From a virus, in the IMG/VR virus record IMGVR_UViG_3300045988_133592, positions 1 through 42,020 of that record: a stretch of DNA of 42,020 nt. One strand, given 5' to 3'. The position numbers were made by a program, and so were the translations under genes. The notes beneath the pieces were generated by a model, which saw nothing but the letters and a program-made list of their open reading frames with translations, was not told the DNA's origin and did not search any database. How positions within the stretch are numbered: position 1 is the stretch's first letter; the number at the start of each line of letters is the position of its first letter. Shown here one piece after another: positions 27,403 through 35,488 of the stretch.

Positions 27403-27655
27403 GTTGCCCCTCTTTTTGCCCCTTATAGAATTATAATAGGGATCACTAAAAAACAAACAATAACATTATATAGTGTTTTCTAAAATTAACAACACTATAT
27501 AATGTGAAAAATCACCAATAAAAGTAAAGACTGTGAATCCCGTCTTCCGCTCCATTTTAGTAAAGTAAGCGCCTGTAATCCAGCAACCAAGCGGATTACA
27601 GGCGCTTTTTATATCTAAAGCAAAGACGTTTTGCCCCCTTTTTTGCCCCTTATAG
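27403..27655. repeat. candidate attP / integrase arm-site region: two imperfect direct repeats (ttgcccc[tc]tttttgccccttatag) flanking a perfect 15-bp inverted repeat
   Basis: Direct repeats at 27403-27428 and 27630-27655. Inverted repeat ACATTATATAGTGTT / AACACTATATAATGT at 27463-27505. Immediately downstream of the int 3' end. Confidence 0.4.
27567..27607. terminator. strong 15-bp perfect hairpin terminator downstream of int
   Basis: AAGCGCCTGTAATCC-agcaaccaagc-GGATTACAGGCGCTT followed by TTTTA. Confidence 0.6.
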
Positions 27656-27694
27656 CTTTTTTTCTTTTTTTATGAGTGAGTGTATATTCTTTTT

Positions 27695-28834
27695 TTATTC
27701 ATTCGCTTTTTGAGCCTTTTCGTCTAAAATTTGGACATATTTGGACTGCTCTTCCAATGAAACGTGCGTGTAAATATTGGCTGTTGTGGCAATATCACTG
27801 TGCCCCAGTAAGGACTGAACCATTTTTATATCTTTCGTTTTTTCATAAAGCCGTGTGGCGTAGGTATCTCGGAAATCGTGGAGGTTGAGAGATTCTAATC
27901 CAATTTCTTTGGCGAAATCTATGAGAGCGCGGCCAACCGTTGTGGCAGCCAGGTAATTACCAAAATCATTAGGAAAAACTAAGTTAAGATTTTTGTACTT
28001 ATTGGAGAGTAAAAGACGTCTTTTGTTTTGCTCGACTTTATGCTGTTTTAACTTTTCGACAAGAAAACGAGGGATCGGTACCTGCCGGATGCTGTTTTCT
28101 GTCTTTGGGGGACCGATAGGCTGGTCTTTATTCCGCTGGTCATAAGTTTTGTTTACGTCGATGATTCCTTTTTCCAGATCGATGTCATCCCATGTTAATG
28201 CCATAATTTCACCGCGGCGAAGTCCGGAGTTTAGATCTGTCAAAATAAATACTTCCCATTTTGTTTCGGCGCAGGCCTTAATAAGCGCGTTTTCCATGTC
28301 GAGCGAGAGAGCTTGGCTGGCACGGCGGCTTTTTTCCTGTTTCTTTTTCGCTTCTGGAAGCACGATTGAACGCGAGAAGTCTATCAAAATCTTTCCTTGT
28401 GTAAAAGCATAGCGAATGCACGGATTAATGACGACGCTGAGGGTTTTGAGCGTCGGCTTACTGATGCCATCAGAGACCAGTTTACTGTAGTGCTCTTGAA
28501 TATCCAAGGCAGTTAAGTCTTTAAGTTGAATATTGGCAACAGGATAGGGAAGGACATACCTTTCAAAAAGCCCCTTATACTTTGTTTTGGTTGCCTGTTT
28601 TTTATTATTTAAATGGACATCATTGAGCCATTTTTCCATATAGTCTCCGAAATATGCCTTTTCCGATGTAACGCCACGATCCAGTTCATTTTTTAAACGG
28701 CGAATTTTGTCTTCGAGTTCTGTAACAGTTCGGCCATAGAGATCGCGTGGCGTCCTTAGATTTTTATGCCGAAGCCGGTAAAAATAATATATGGTGCCGT
28801 TTTTAATCTTTTTTCGATATTTAGTACGCGGCAT
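27695..28834 (-). CDS. int: tyrosine integrase
   Basis: Catalytic R...HDFRDTYATRL...LLGHSDIATTANIYTHV (R, HxxR, Y). Start taken at MPRTKY (28834) with AGGAGG 6 nt upstream. The listed N-terminal 23 aa are rejected. Confidence 0.9.
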   Translation of the reverse strand: MPRTKYRKKIKNGTIYYFYRLRHKNLRTPRDLYGRTVTELEDKIRRLKNELDRGVTSEKAYFGDYMEKWLNDVHLNNKKQATKTKYKGLFERYVLPYPVANIQLKDLTALDIQEHYSKLVSDGISKPTLKTLSVVINPCIRYAFTQGKILIDFSRSIVLPEAKKKQEKSRRASQALSLDMENALIKACAETKWEVFILTDLNSGLRRGEIMALTWDDIDLEKGIIDVNKTYDQRNKDQPIGPPKTENSIRQVPIPRFLVEKLKQHKVEQNKRRLLLSNKYKNLNLVFPNDFGNYLAATTVGRALIDFAKEIGLESLNLHDFRDTYATRLYEKTKDIKMVQSLLGHSDIATTANIYTHVSLEEQSKYVQILDEKAQKANE

Positions 28835-28866
28835 ATTGTACCTCCTTAATTTTGGGCATAAAAATG

Positions 28867-28889
28867 CCCGGTATATGGAAAATACCGGG
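28867..28889 (-). promoter_or_regulatory. hairpin plus U-tract immediately upstream of the int RBS (attenuator or partial terminator)
   Basis: CCCGGTAT-atggaaa-ATACCGGG. On the minus strand it is followed by CATTTTTAT and then the int RBS. Confidence 0.4.
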
Positions 28890-28942
28890 ATAATGTGGTA
28901 CAATAAGCTTGTTGAGTGGCTTAGTGTACCCGACTTACCCCG

Positions 28943-28985
28943 GGAATCTATGTCATCGCCTCTGTGTTGGTAGCACGGGGGCGTT
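28943..28985 (+). terminator. plus-strand intrinsic terminator antisense to the int region
   Basis: CGCCTCTGTG-ttggtag-CACGGGGGCG (two GU pairs) followed by TTTTTTATTT. Confidence 0.4.
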
Positions 28986-29151
28986 TTTTATTTATTGATT
29001 CAAACGAGTATAATTATCATAGGCAATCTGTTGCAAATGGTTATACAGGTTGGTTATGTCATATTTTTTTGGAAATTCAAATTTACGCGAATCCATACTC
29101 AATGAGTGTGCTTTGTGATATTATAATACCTCAATTGTATTTGTTGCGAAT

Positions 29152-29955
29152 TTAGTAAACATCAAACGATACGACTTGAGGATTGTCGGTAGTGCCTGTA
29201 ACTCTCGCCTCACAATTCAATTTCACATCCGCGTTAAAAGCGTTTGTTACCGTTGCTTCGGCTTTTAAATACCATGTATTTTCATCTTCTGGTTCTTCAG
29301 CGAGCTTCCCGATAACCCAGTGCAGCTTAAAACCGTAAGGATACAGGCTGCTACCATATCTCTCTACGGCCTCCCAAGCGTAAGCCGGATCCAGTTTAGA
29401 TTCTAAAGCGGCTTTAGCGGCGGCCGCGGCTTCATTGCTTGCAATATTTTCGGGAGTATTGACAACAAACTGAGCGGTTTTTTTGATATCGCTAATTGTT
29501 TTCGCTTTTGTTACAACCCATCCTGCCAGTTCATCATCTGTATATGTATCTATTACATCTGAAAAATCAAGGCCGCTTTGCTCATAAACATACGTGACAG
29601 AATAGCCATAGTCTTGGACTTTTGCCCTTGCGTCTAGTAGAGGACTTCCAGACAAGGATTCGATATCTGGCGACGCCGCAGTCGGCGAGGGGGCGGGATT
29701 TGATTTTGACTGATTTTGTGTTGTTTGCGCTGTTTGCGTTGGCTTAGGAGAGAATAAAGCGCCCAACCAAATGATCGAATAAATAGCAAGAACTATTGTT
29801 AATACAATTCTTGCTGTTTTTCCAAATTGCTTATTAACCCACATCATAATGAGCCCAGCAGGTGGTATAAAGATGATCAGTAAAATTACAAACCAATTCT
29901 TCTTGTAAAAAGGTGTTTTTTCAACACTACCGCCGTTGTTCATTTCTTCATTCAT
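29152..29955 (-). CDS. membrane protein between int and repressor. Candidate superinfection-exclusion or lysogenic-conversion protein.
   Basis: Two N-terminal TM helices, a Pro/Ser/Thr-rich linker and a C-terminal soluble domain. AGGAGGAAAAAGAA RBS. Own promoter (TTTTCA-17-TGTATAAT) at about 29975-30010 on the minus strand. This is the classic sie location. Confidence 0.5.
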   Translation of the reverse strand: MNEEMNNGGSVEKTPFYKKNWFVILLIIFIPPAGLIMMWVNKQFGKTARIVLTIVLAIYSIIWLGALFSPKPTQTAQTTQNQSKSNPAPSPTAASPDIESLSGSPLLDARAKVQDYGYSVTYVYEQSGLDFSDVIDTYTDDELAGWVVTKAKTISDIKKTAQFVVNTPENIASNEAAAAAKAALESKLDPAYAWEAVERYGSSLYPYGFKLHWVIGKLAEEPEDENTWYLKAEATVTNAFNADVKLNCEARVTGTTDNPQVVSFDVY

Positions 29956-30134
29956 TTCTTTTTCCTCCTAAAAATATAGATATTATCATTATACACTAAT
30001 AGAGGATGGATGAAAATGTTTTCTATAATTTTCCTAAAATTTTTCTGAGAACTACAACAAAATCACTTTCGCCTGTCACCAGAATATCATATTTAAGATT
30101 TAAAACTTCGAAATCACTCTATGCTTTTATCTTC

Positions 30135-30977
30135 CTACAATTCCACAAAACCTTCAATCTTCTTCCCAAGAACTTTCCCTTGAATCACAAACGTTGAGAA
30201 CTCACTGATCTGGATCGGTGCGTATTCGGGGTTGTGAGAGATCAGTTCATCGTCACCATACTCTTTTATGAAACATTCACCGTCCAGATAAAAAACACCG
30301 ATATCACCAATATTGAGGGTATTTGTATGTTGGATATAAACAGTGTCCCCATTGGAAATAGTAGGTTCCATAGAATCTCCAGCAACATTCATGGTGGTGT
30401 CTGCACCTTCCGGAAGTTCGTCCTCTGGGACTTCAATTGTGACCATTTCCGTGTTGTCGTTATACTGACCGCCGCCAGCACCGTAGGCCCCCTCAAAGTG
30501 GTTAATCTTAACCTTTTTGCAGTCTTTCTTTGGAATGGGCGGGGCGTTATTGGCGGTGCCGCCATGCCGGATTCTTTTGGCATAAAGTTCAAGCCGCTCT
30601 TCGGATTCTTCTTTGAGCGCTTGAAGTTCGGTTTCGTGCTGTTGATTGTATATAAGCTGCTCATACTCATATTCGAGTAACATATCAATTGCTCCCTTTG
30701 GCCTTTTTTCAAGTTTTCTATACTTTGTCAGAAAATCTTGTTCGGCAAGAGTAGTTGTGAATTCCATTGGCTTTGTGTCCATATCATCCTGATAAAGATA
30801 GTTTGCATCACATTTAAGAGCATCAAATAATTTGAATAAGATTTCTACTTTTGGGACACTAACCTCATTTTCATAGTTTGCTATTGATCCCTTTGTCACA
30901 CCAATTAGTTTGGCTAACTGTTCTTGGGTTAACCCTATATTTAAACGTCTTTCCTTAATTCGGCTACCTACACTCAT
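30135..30977 (-). CDS. CI-like repressor (XRE HTH plus LexA-like S24 peptidase)
   Basis: N-terminal IGLTQEQLAKLIGVTKGSIANYE HTH. C-terminal AGDSMEPTI...GDIGVF...IKEY S24 Ser/Lys dyad. Confidence 0.9.
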   Translation of the reverse strand: MSVGSRIKERRLNIGLTQEQLAKLIGVTKGSIANYENEVSVPKVEILFKLFDALKCDANYLYQDDMDTKPMEFTTTLAEQDFLTKYRKLEKRPKGAIDMLLEYEYEQLIYNQQHETELQALKEESEERLELYAKRIRHGGTANNAPPIPKKDCKKVKINHFEGAYGAGGGQYNDNTEMVTIEVPEDELPEGADTTMNVAGDSMEPTISNGDTVYIQHTNTLNIGDIGVFYLDGECFIKEYGDDELISHNPEYAPIQISEFSTFVIQGKVLGKKIEGFVEL

Positions 30978-31000
30978 TTAAAACTCCTCCTTAATATAGC

Positions 31001-31032
31001 ATTATAATATCAACGAAGTCTTGTTTTGTCAA
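31001..31032 (-). promoter_or_regulatory. leftward promoter for the repressor (TTGACA-17-TATTAT)
   Basis: Minus-strand -35 at plus 31027-31032, -10 at about 31003-31008. AGGAGG RBS at 30986-30991. Confidence 0.55.
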
Positions 31033-31123
31033 GAAAAAAGTATAAGAAATTTGAGAAAATACACTTGACTTCTCAAGAATATTGTTCTATAATTTTAAAG
31101 TATAAGATGCTTGAACAAAAAGT
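31020..31123. promoter_or_regulatory. three operator-like 14-mers CTTG-N6-CAAG (O1 31020-31033, O2 31064-31077, O3 31110-31123 imperfect) plus two AAGTATAAGA repeats
   Basis: O1 overlaps the leftward -35. O2 overlaps the rightward -35. O3 overlaps the cro RBS. Confidence 0.5.
31065..31093 (+). promoter_or_regulatory. rightward early promoter PR (TTGACT-17-TATAAT)
   Basis: -35 at 31065-31070, -10 at 31088-31093. Confidence 0.65.
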
Positions 31124-31136
31124 GAGGTGATCAAAA

Positions 31137-31346
31137 TTGGAACCGCAGGACATTATCGTATTTAACATCAAAAATATAATTAACCAGAAGGGTTTAAAGC
31201 AAAAAGCCGTTGCTGAACGATCAGGTTATAACGAGAAGGAATTTAGCCACATGTTGAATGGGAGAAAAATTATCAAAGGCGAAGACATTTTACCAATTGC
31301 AAATGCATTAGGTGTTGAGCCGAACGATATTTGTAAAAGACAATGA
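31137..31346 (+). CDS. Cro-like XRE-family HTH regulator
   Basis: TTG start after GAGGTGA. HTH KQKAVAERSGYNEKEFSHMLNG. Divergent from the repressor. Confidence 0.7.
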   Translation: MEPQDIIVFNIKNIINQKGLKQKAVAERSGYNEKEFSHMLNGRKIIKGEDILPIANALGVEPNDICKRQ

Positions 31347-31363
31347 AAGGAGGTAACTCAAAA

Positions 31364-31879
31364 ATGAATAACAACGTAAATATTAAAAACCTAAACGGAA
31401 CAACAGCGGTCAGCAGTCGTCAGATTGCTGAGGATTTTGAAAAAGAACACGGTAAAGTTATACGGGCGATTGAAAATATCCTAAATAGCGAACCAAGCCA
31501 AAATTGGCTTCGTTACTTCATCGCCTCAGAATACAAAGATTCCAAAGGCGAAATGCGAAAAGAGTATCTTTGCACCAGAGATGGCTTCTCGTTACTGGCG
31601 ATGGGTTTCACAGGCCCCAAGGCCATCGAATGGAAGCTAAAATACATCGAAGCCTTTAACATGATGGAGGCTGAGATGCGAAAAGCCCCGCTGACGGATC
31701 GGCCCGGTGAGATTGCAAAGTTGATCAACGCCTTATCCTCCGTGATGCAGAAGAACGATTCCGCCCCTGTGGATGTCGCCCGCAATGCACAGCTTATCTG
31801 TGAGCAGTATGGTATCCGGCTGATTGATGGCTTTGTGAGGGTTCCGAATTATGAGCAGATTGGGTTGTTGCAGGGGTAG
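31364..31879 (+). CDS. Rha-family phage regulatory protein (antirepressor-like)
   Basis: AAAGGAGG RBS then MNNNVNIKNLNGTTAVSSRQIAEDFEKEHGKVIRAIENI, the Phage_pRha N-terminal signature. Confidence 0.65.
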   Translation: MNNNVNIKNLNGTTAVSSRQIAEDFEKEHGKVIRAIENILNSEPSQNWLRYFIASEYKDSKGEMRKEYLCTRDGFSLLAMGFTGPKAIEWKLKYIEAFNMMEAEMRKAPLTDRPGEIAKLINALSSVMQKNDSAPVDVARNAQLICEQYGIRLIDGFVRVPNYEQIGLLQG

Positions 31880-31916
31880 AAATTGAAATCCCGACCAACC
31901 AGAGAGGAGATAGAAC

Positions 31917-32078
31917 ATGGAAATAACAATTAAAGGATCAGAAAAAGAAATTGCTGCCCTTGCAGTGGAATTACAAAAGCAGCAAATAGAAAATTTACCA
32001 ATGGATAAACAGACTATCGCCGATTCGGTTATAAAAAATGGAGTTTTACTTATCGATGGTCGGCGTCGTGAAGGTTAG
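31917..32078 (+). CDS. hypothetical small protein (53 aa)
   Basis: GAGAGGAGA RBS. Not in the ORF track. Its 3' end overlaps the convergent minus-strand gene. Confidence 0.35.
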   Translation: MEITIKGSEKEIAALAVELQKQQIENLPMDKQTIADSVIKNGVLLIDGRRREG

Positions 32079-32249
32079 GCGTCCACAATCTGGACAGACG
32101 TAAATATTTGCTGTGTAGCCAGCGATTGGGTTTATTTCGTTGGTAGCAGTGTCAACAGTTCCAATGAAGAACGCGTCCCCAAATGGGGGTTCCAATTTTT
32201 GGACATTCAACCCGCTACAATTTGGGCAAATGTGAGAAATTTTACTCAT
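32046..32249 (-). CDS. double zinc-ribbon protein (CPNC...CPDC)
   Basis: AAAGGAGGAA RBS 7 nt upstream on the minus strand. Opposite orientation to the surrounding early genes. Confidence 0.5.
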   Translation of the reverse strand: MSKISHICPNCSGLNVQKLEPPFGDAFFIGTVDTATNEINPIAGYTANIYVCPDCGRLTFTTPTIDK

Positions 32250-32358
32250 AAAAGAGTTCCTCCTTTCCTAGATTTCGATACGCCAATACCGATAAGGAAA
32301 GTATACCACATTCACAGCGAAACAAAAAGAAACTCAAATTTAGAAAGGAAAACAAAAA

Positions 32359-32574
32359 ATGATTGAAGAAAATAAACCTTTAGAAGAAAAAAATGAACGT
32401 TTGATGCTAAGTATCGATCAAACGGCTGAAATACTTGGTATAAGCATAAGTTTAATGTACCAACTATCTAGAACAGATGGATTTCCCGTTACCAAAATTG
32501 GCCGACGGAGTTTGATTAGTAAAAAGGCGCTTGAAGAATGGATTGACAAAAAATCTGGAACTGTTGTGCTTTAG
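32359..32574 (+). CDS. HTH_17/excisionase-family DNA-binding protein
   Basis: MLSIDQTAEILGISISLMYQLSRTDGFPVTKIGRRSLISKKALEEWI matches the Xis/MerR-like HTH pattern. Confidence 0.55.
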   Translation: MIEENKPLEEKNERLMLSIDQTAEILGISISLMYQLSRTDGFPVTKIGRRSLISKKALEEWIDKKSGTVVL

Positions 32575-32585
32575 GAGGAAGAACA

Positions 32586-32687
32586 ATGAACTTAAGTATC
32601 GCCGGCCTCCCCTTCGTCCTCCTCGGCATCGCTGTCTACGGTGGCATCTGCCTTGCAGTCCGGAAGGGGTGGCTATGGAAGGAATAA
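32586..32687 (+). CDS. small hydrophobic membrane peptide (33 aa)
   Basis: GGAGGAAGAACA-ATG. MNLSIAGLPFVLLGIAVYGGICLAVRKGWLWKE. Confidence 0.35.
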   Translation: MNLSIAGLPFVLLGIAVYGGICLAVRKGWLWKE

Positions 32688-32800
32688 TCTATATTTACTG
32701 GGCGGGGAGACTTGCGGAAACGACTGGATGGTTGACCGTGATCGGGTTGGTGTTGGCGCCGGTGGTGATTGAGATTTTTAAGGAGGTAAGCAGGAAATGA
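32675..32800 (+). CDS. second small hydrophobic peptide (41 aa)
   Basis: MEGIIYIYWAGRLAETTGWLTVIGLVLAPVVIEIF. Overlaps both the previous and the next gene. The listed longer 32531 start is rejected. Confidence 0.3.
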   Translation: MEGIIYIYWAGRLAETTGWLTVIGLVLAPVVIEIFKEVSRK

Positions 32801-33399
32801 CCAACAAAAACAAAATTATCCTCGACCTCTGCGGCGGAACCGGTTCGTGGTCAAAGCCTTATCGGGATGCCGGATATGATGTGCGGGTTATTACACTGCC
32901 GGAAACAGATGTTTTGACGTACGAGCCGCCGGAAAATGTTTATGGGATTTTAGCGGCACCGCCCTGTACACACTTTTCAATTGCATGTAACCGACTGTGG
33001 AAAGACAAAGACCAGGACGGCCGCACAATTGAAGGACTCACCGTATTAATCGCCTGTCTGCGGATTATCGCATACAGTAAGCCTACGTTCTGGGCGTTAG
33101 AAAACCCGGTCGGGAGAATGAAGCGCTTTCTCGGAAAAGAGCCGGATTATAAATTTTTGGCTTGTGATTTCGGCTGGCCGACAAAGAAAAAAACATATAT
33201 CTGGGGACGATTTGAAAAGCCCCAAAGACAGTACGTAAAATTAGAGAAAATTTATAAAGTGGAAGAAATTGATTATCTGGCGAAGGAACTATTCGTTGAG
33301 TTTCCGCATCTGGTGAAAACAGACCATTCGAAAAGAGCAGCGATAAGGAGTATTACGCCTCCGGGATTCGCACAAGCCTTTTTCGAAGCAAACCAATAA
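32797..33399 (+). CDS. compact DNA (cytosine-5) methyltransferase-like protein (200 aa)
   Basis: Motif I ILDLCGGTGSWS. Motif IV GILAAPPCTHFSIA (catalytic Cys). Motif VI WALENPVG. No recognisable TRD or motifs IX and X. Confidence 0.5.
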   Translation: MTNKNKIILDLCGGTGSWSKPYRDAGYDVRVITLPETDVLTYEPPENVYGILAAPPCTHFSIACNRLWKDKDQDGRTIEGLTVLIACLRIIAYSKPTFWALENPVGRMKRFLGKEPDYKFLACDFGWPTKKKTYIWGRFEKPQRQYVKLEKIYKVEEIDYLAKELFVEFPHLVKTDHSKRAAIRSITPPGFAQAFFEANQ

Positions 33400-33887
33400 A
33401 AAAGGTCCCAAAGCGATGCCACGCATTAGGGACCAGATGTAAATGTAAACTACGTGGTTATTGTACCACAGGAATGGAGAAAAAACAATGTTTAGCTACA
33501 CAGGTCTTCCGCCATAGCGAAAACACGCTGCGCCATATTATTCATTTTTAAGTCAAAGCCTGATCCGCGGGCTCAAAATGTGGAAATAAAAAATTAAATC
33601 GGTTTGTAAAGCTATTTATTAACAGTCCCGGGGAGCGTCGGGTAATCCGCTCACTTCAATTTAAGTCGTAATTTTGTTATTGTCTCATGGCAATCCCGGC
33701 ACGGCAGCGGGCGGTCTGCCTGAATCACTTTAATGGATTTTGAAAAAAACGGATGACAAGGCACTGTCACTCCGGCGTAGATATGTTTTAATTTTTATGA
33801 AAAAAGCCGGGTGACGTTACAGCGTCATCCCGGCAATCATGAAAAATATTCTATAAGTGAGTATATCACGATTGGAGTAAAAAGTAA

Positions 33888-34191
33888 ATGGACTTCCCAT
33901 ACGAAAAACAATGCAGCGTCTGCGGCATGATCTATGAGGACCACCAGCCCATTGAGCAGGAACCCTTTGTATGCCGATACTGCAGACAACAGCTTAAGGA
34001 AAAACACCATAAAAAAAAGAAATTCGATTCCAGATCGGGTGGACCTTCTCCGGGACATTAAGACCCTGTCCGCTTTAAAACGGCGTTTTCTGAGTCAGAA
34101 TTCCTGGGCAACCCAGGCCATCGAAGACGCCGTCTATGTCATGGAAAAAGAAATTGTGAGGTTAAAACATGATCAAAATCAACAAACTTGA
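33888..34191 (+). pseudogene. zinc-ribbon regulatory-type gene split by an A8 homopolymer frameshift (frame 0 33888-34061, frame +1 34018-34191)
   Basis: N-terminal CSVCG...CRYC in one frame. Convincing helical C-terminal half (LLRDIKTLSALKRRFLSQNSWATQAIEDAVYVMEKEIVRLK) in the +1 frame. The frames join at aaaaaaaa (34011-34018). Confidence 0.45.
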
Positions 34192-35488
34192 AATCGAAAA
34201 CGTCAAGCGCATCAAAGCCGTAAAGGTGGAGCCCACCAAAGACGGCCTGACCATCATCGGCGGGAAGAACAACCAGGGAAAGACCTCGGTACTCGACGCC
34301 ATTGCCTGGGCCCTGGGCGGGGAGAAGTACCGTCCGTCCAAGGCTGTCCGGGACGGGTCCGTCATCCCGCCGAACCTGCATGTCGTCCTGTCAAACGGGA
34401 TCGTCGTGGACCGCAAGGGCGTCAACAGCGCCCTGAAAGTCACCGACCCGGCAGGAAAGAAAGCCGGCCAACAGCTGCTCAACAGCTTTGTGGAACAGCT
34501 GGCCCTGGACCTCCCGCGGTTCATGGAAGCAAACGACAAAGAAAAGGCCGACACCCTGCTGCAGATCATCGGCGTGGAAGACCAGCTTCTGGAGCTGACC
34601 CACGAAGAAAACGAGATGTACAACCGGCGCCGGATGATCGGCCAGATTGCCGACCAGAAAAAGAAGTTTGCCAAAGAACAGCCCTATTTTCCCGACGCCC
34701 CCAAAGAACCCGTTTCCGCCAGCGACCTGATCAAAGCACAGCAGGAAATCCTGGCCAGAAACGGTGAGAACCAACGCAAACGGGACAGCCTGAAAGACAT
34801 CACCGACAGTAAAGAACGTCTTTGGAATAAGATGCTAATCATTGAGCAGAAAATCGCAGACCTTCAAAAACAACAGGAAGCGCTCCAGAAACAATACCAT
34901 CAAGCACGGGAAGATGAAGACATGGCCATGAAAACCGTTCAGGAGCTCCAGGACGAATCCACCAAGGAACTGGAACAGAACATTGCCAACATCGAAGAAA
35001 TCAACCGCAAAGTCCGGGCCAACCTGGACAAAGACAAGGCTGAGCAGGATGCCCTGGACTATGAAAACCAGTACCGGGAACTGACCGCCACCCTGGAGGA
35101 TACCAGGCAGAAAAAGACCGATCTGCTCAAAAACGCCGATCTGCCGCTGCCCGGCCTGTCCGTTGAGGACGGCAAGCTGACCTACAACGGTTATCCCTGG
35201 GACAACCTCTCCGGTTCCGATCAGCTCAAGGTGGCCACCGCCATTGTCCGGAAACTCAACCCCGAGTGCGGGTTTGTCCTCATTGACAAGCTGGAACAGA
35301 TGGACCTTGACAGCCTGAAAGCTTTTGGCGACTGGCTGAAACAGGAAGGGCTCCAGGCCATTGCCACCCGGGTCTCCACCGGCGAAGAGTGCAGCATCAT
35401 CATCGAAGACGGCTACGGCGGCGATCTTTCTCCTGAAAAAGAAACAGAACCGCCAAAAGAACAGAAATGGAAAGCAGGTGAGTTTTGA
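34169..35488 (+). CDS. SMC/RecF/SbcC-like AAA ATPase (AAA_23-type) of the recombination module
   Basis: N-terminal LEIENVKRIKAV...GGKNNQGKTSVLDAI Walker A. Long coiled coil. C-terminal FVLIDKLEQMD Walker B. Confidence 0.75.
   Translation: MIKINKLEIENVKRIKAVKVEPTKDGLTIIGGKNNQGKTSVLDAIAWALGGEKYRPSKAVRDGSVIPPNLHVVLSNGIVVDRKGVNSALKVTDPAGKKAGQQLLNSFVEQLALDLPRFMEANDKEKADTLLQIIGVEDQLLELTHEENEMYNRRRMIGQIADQKKKFAKEQPYFPDAPKEPVSASDLIKAQQEILARNGENQRKRDSLKDITDSKERLWNKMLIIEQKIADLQKQQEALQKQYHQAREDEDMAMKTVQELQDESTKELEQNIANIEEINRKVRANLDKDKAEQDALDYENQYRELTATLEDTRQKKTDLLKNADLPLPGLSVEDGKLTYNGYPWDNLSGSDQLKVATAIVRKLNPECGFVLIDKLEQMDLDSLKAFGDWLKQEGLQAIATRVSTGEECSIIIEDGYGGDLSPEKETEPPKEQKWKAGEF

Noticed and set aside
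28835-28903. Listed integrase start at 28903 (MYHIIPVF...)
   Set aside because: An AGGAGG RBS directly precedes the internal ATG at 28834 (MPRTKYRK). The upstream 23 codons cross a hairpin and have no SD.
33934-34017. N-terminal part of the listed 33934-34191 ORF
   Set aside because: It overlaps the Zn-ribbon ORF out of frame and reads as low-complexity junk. Only the part after the A8 run looks protein-like.
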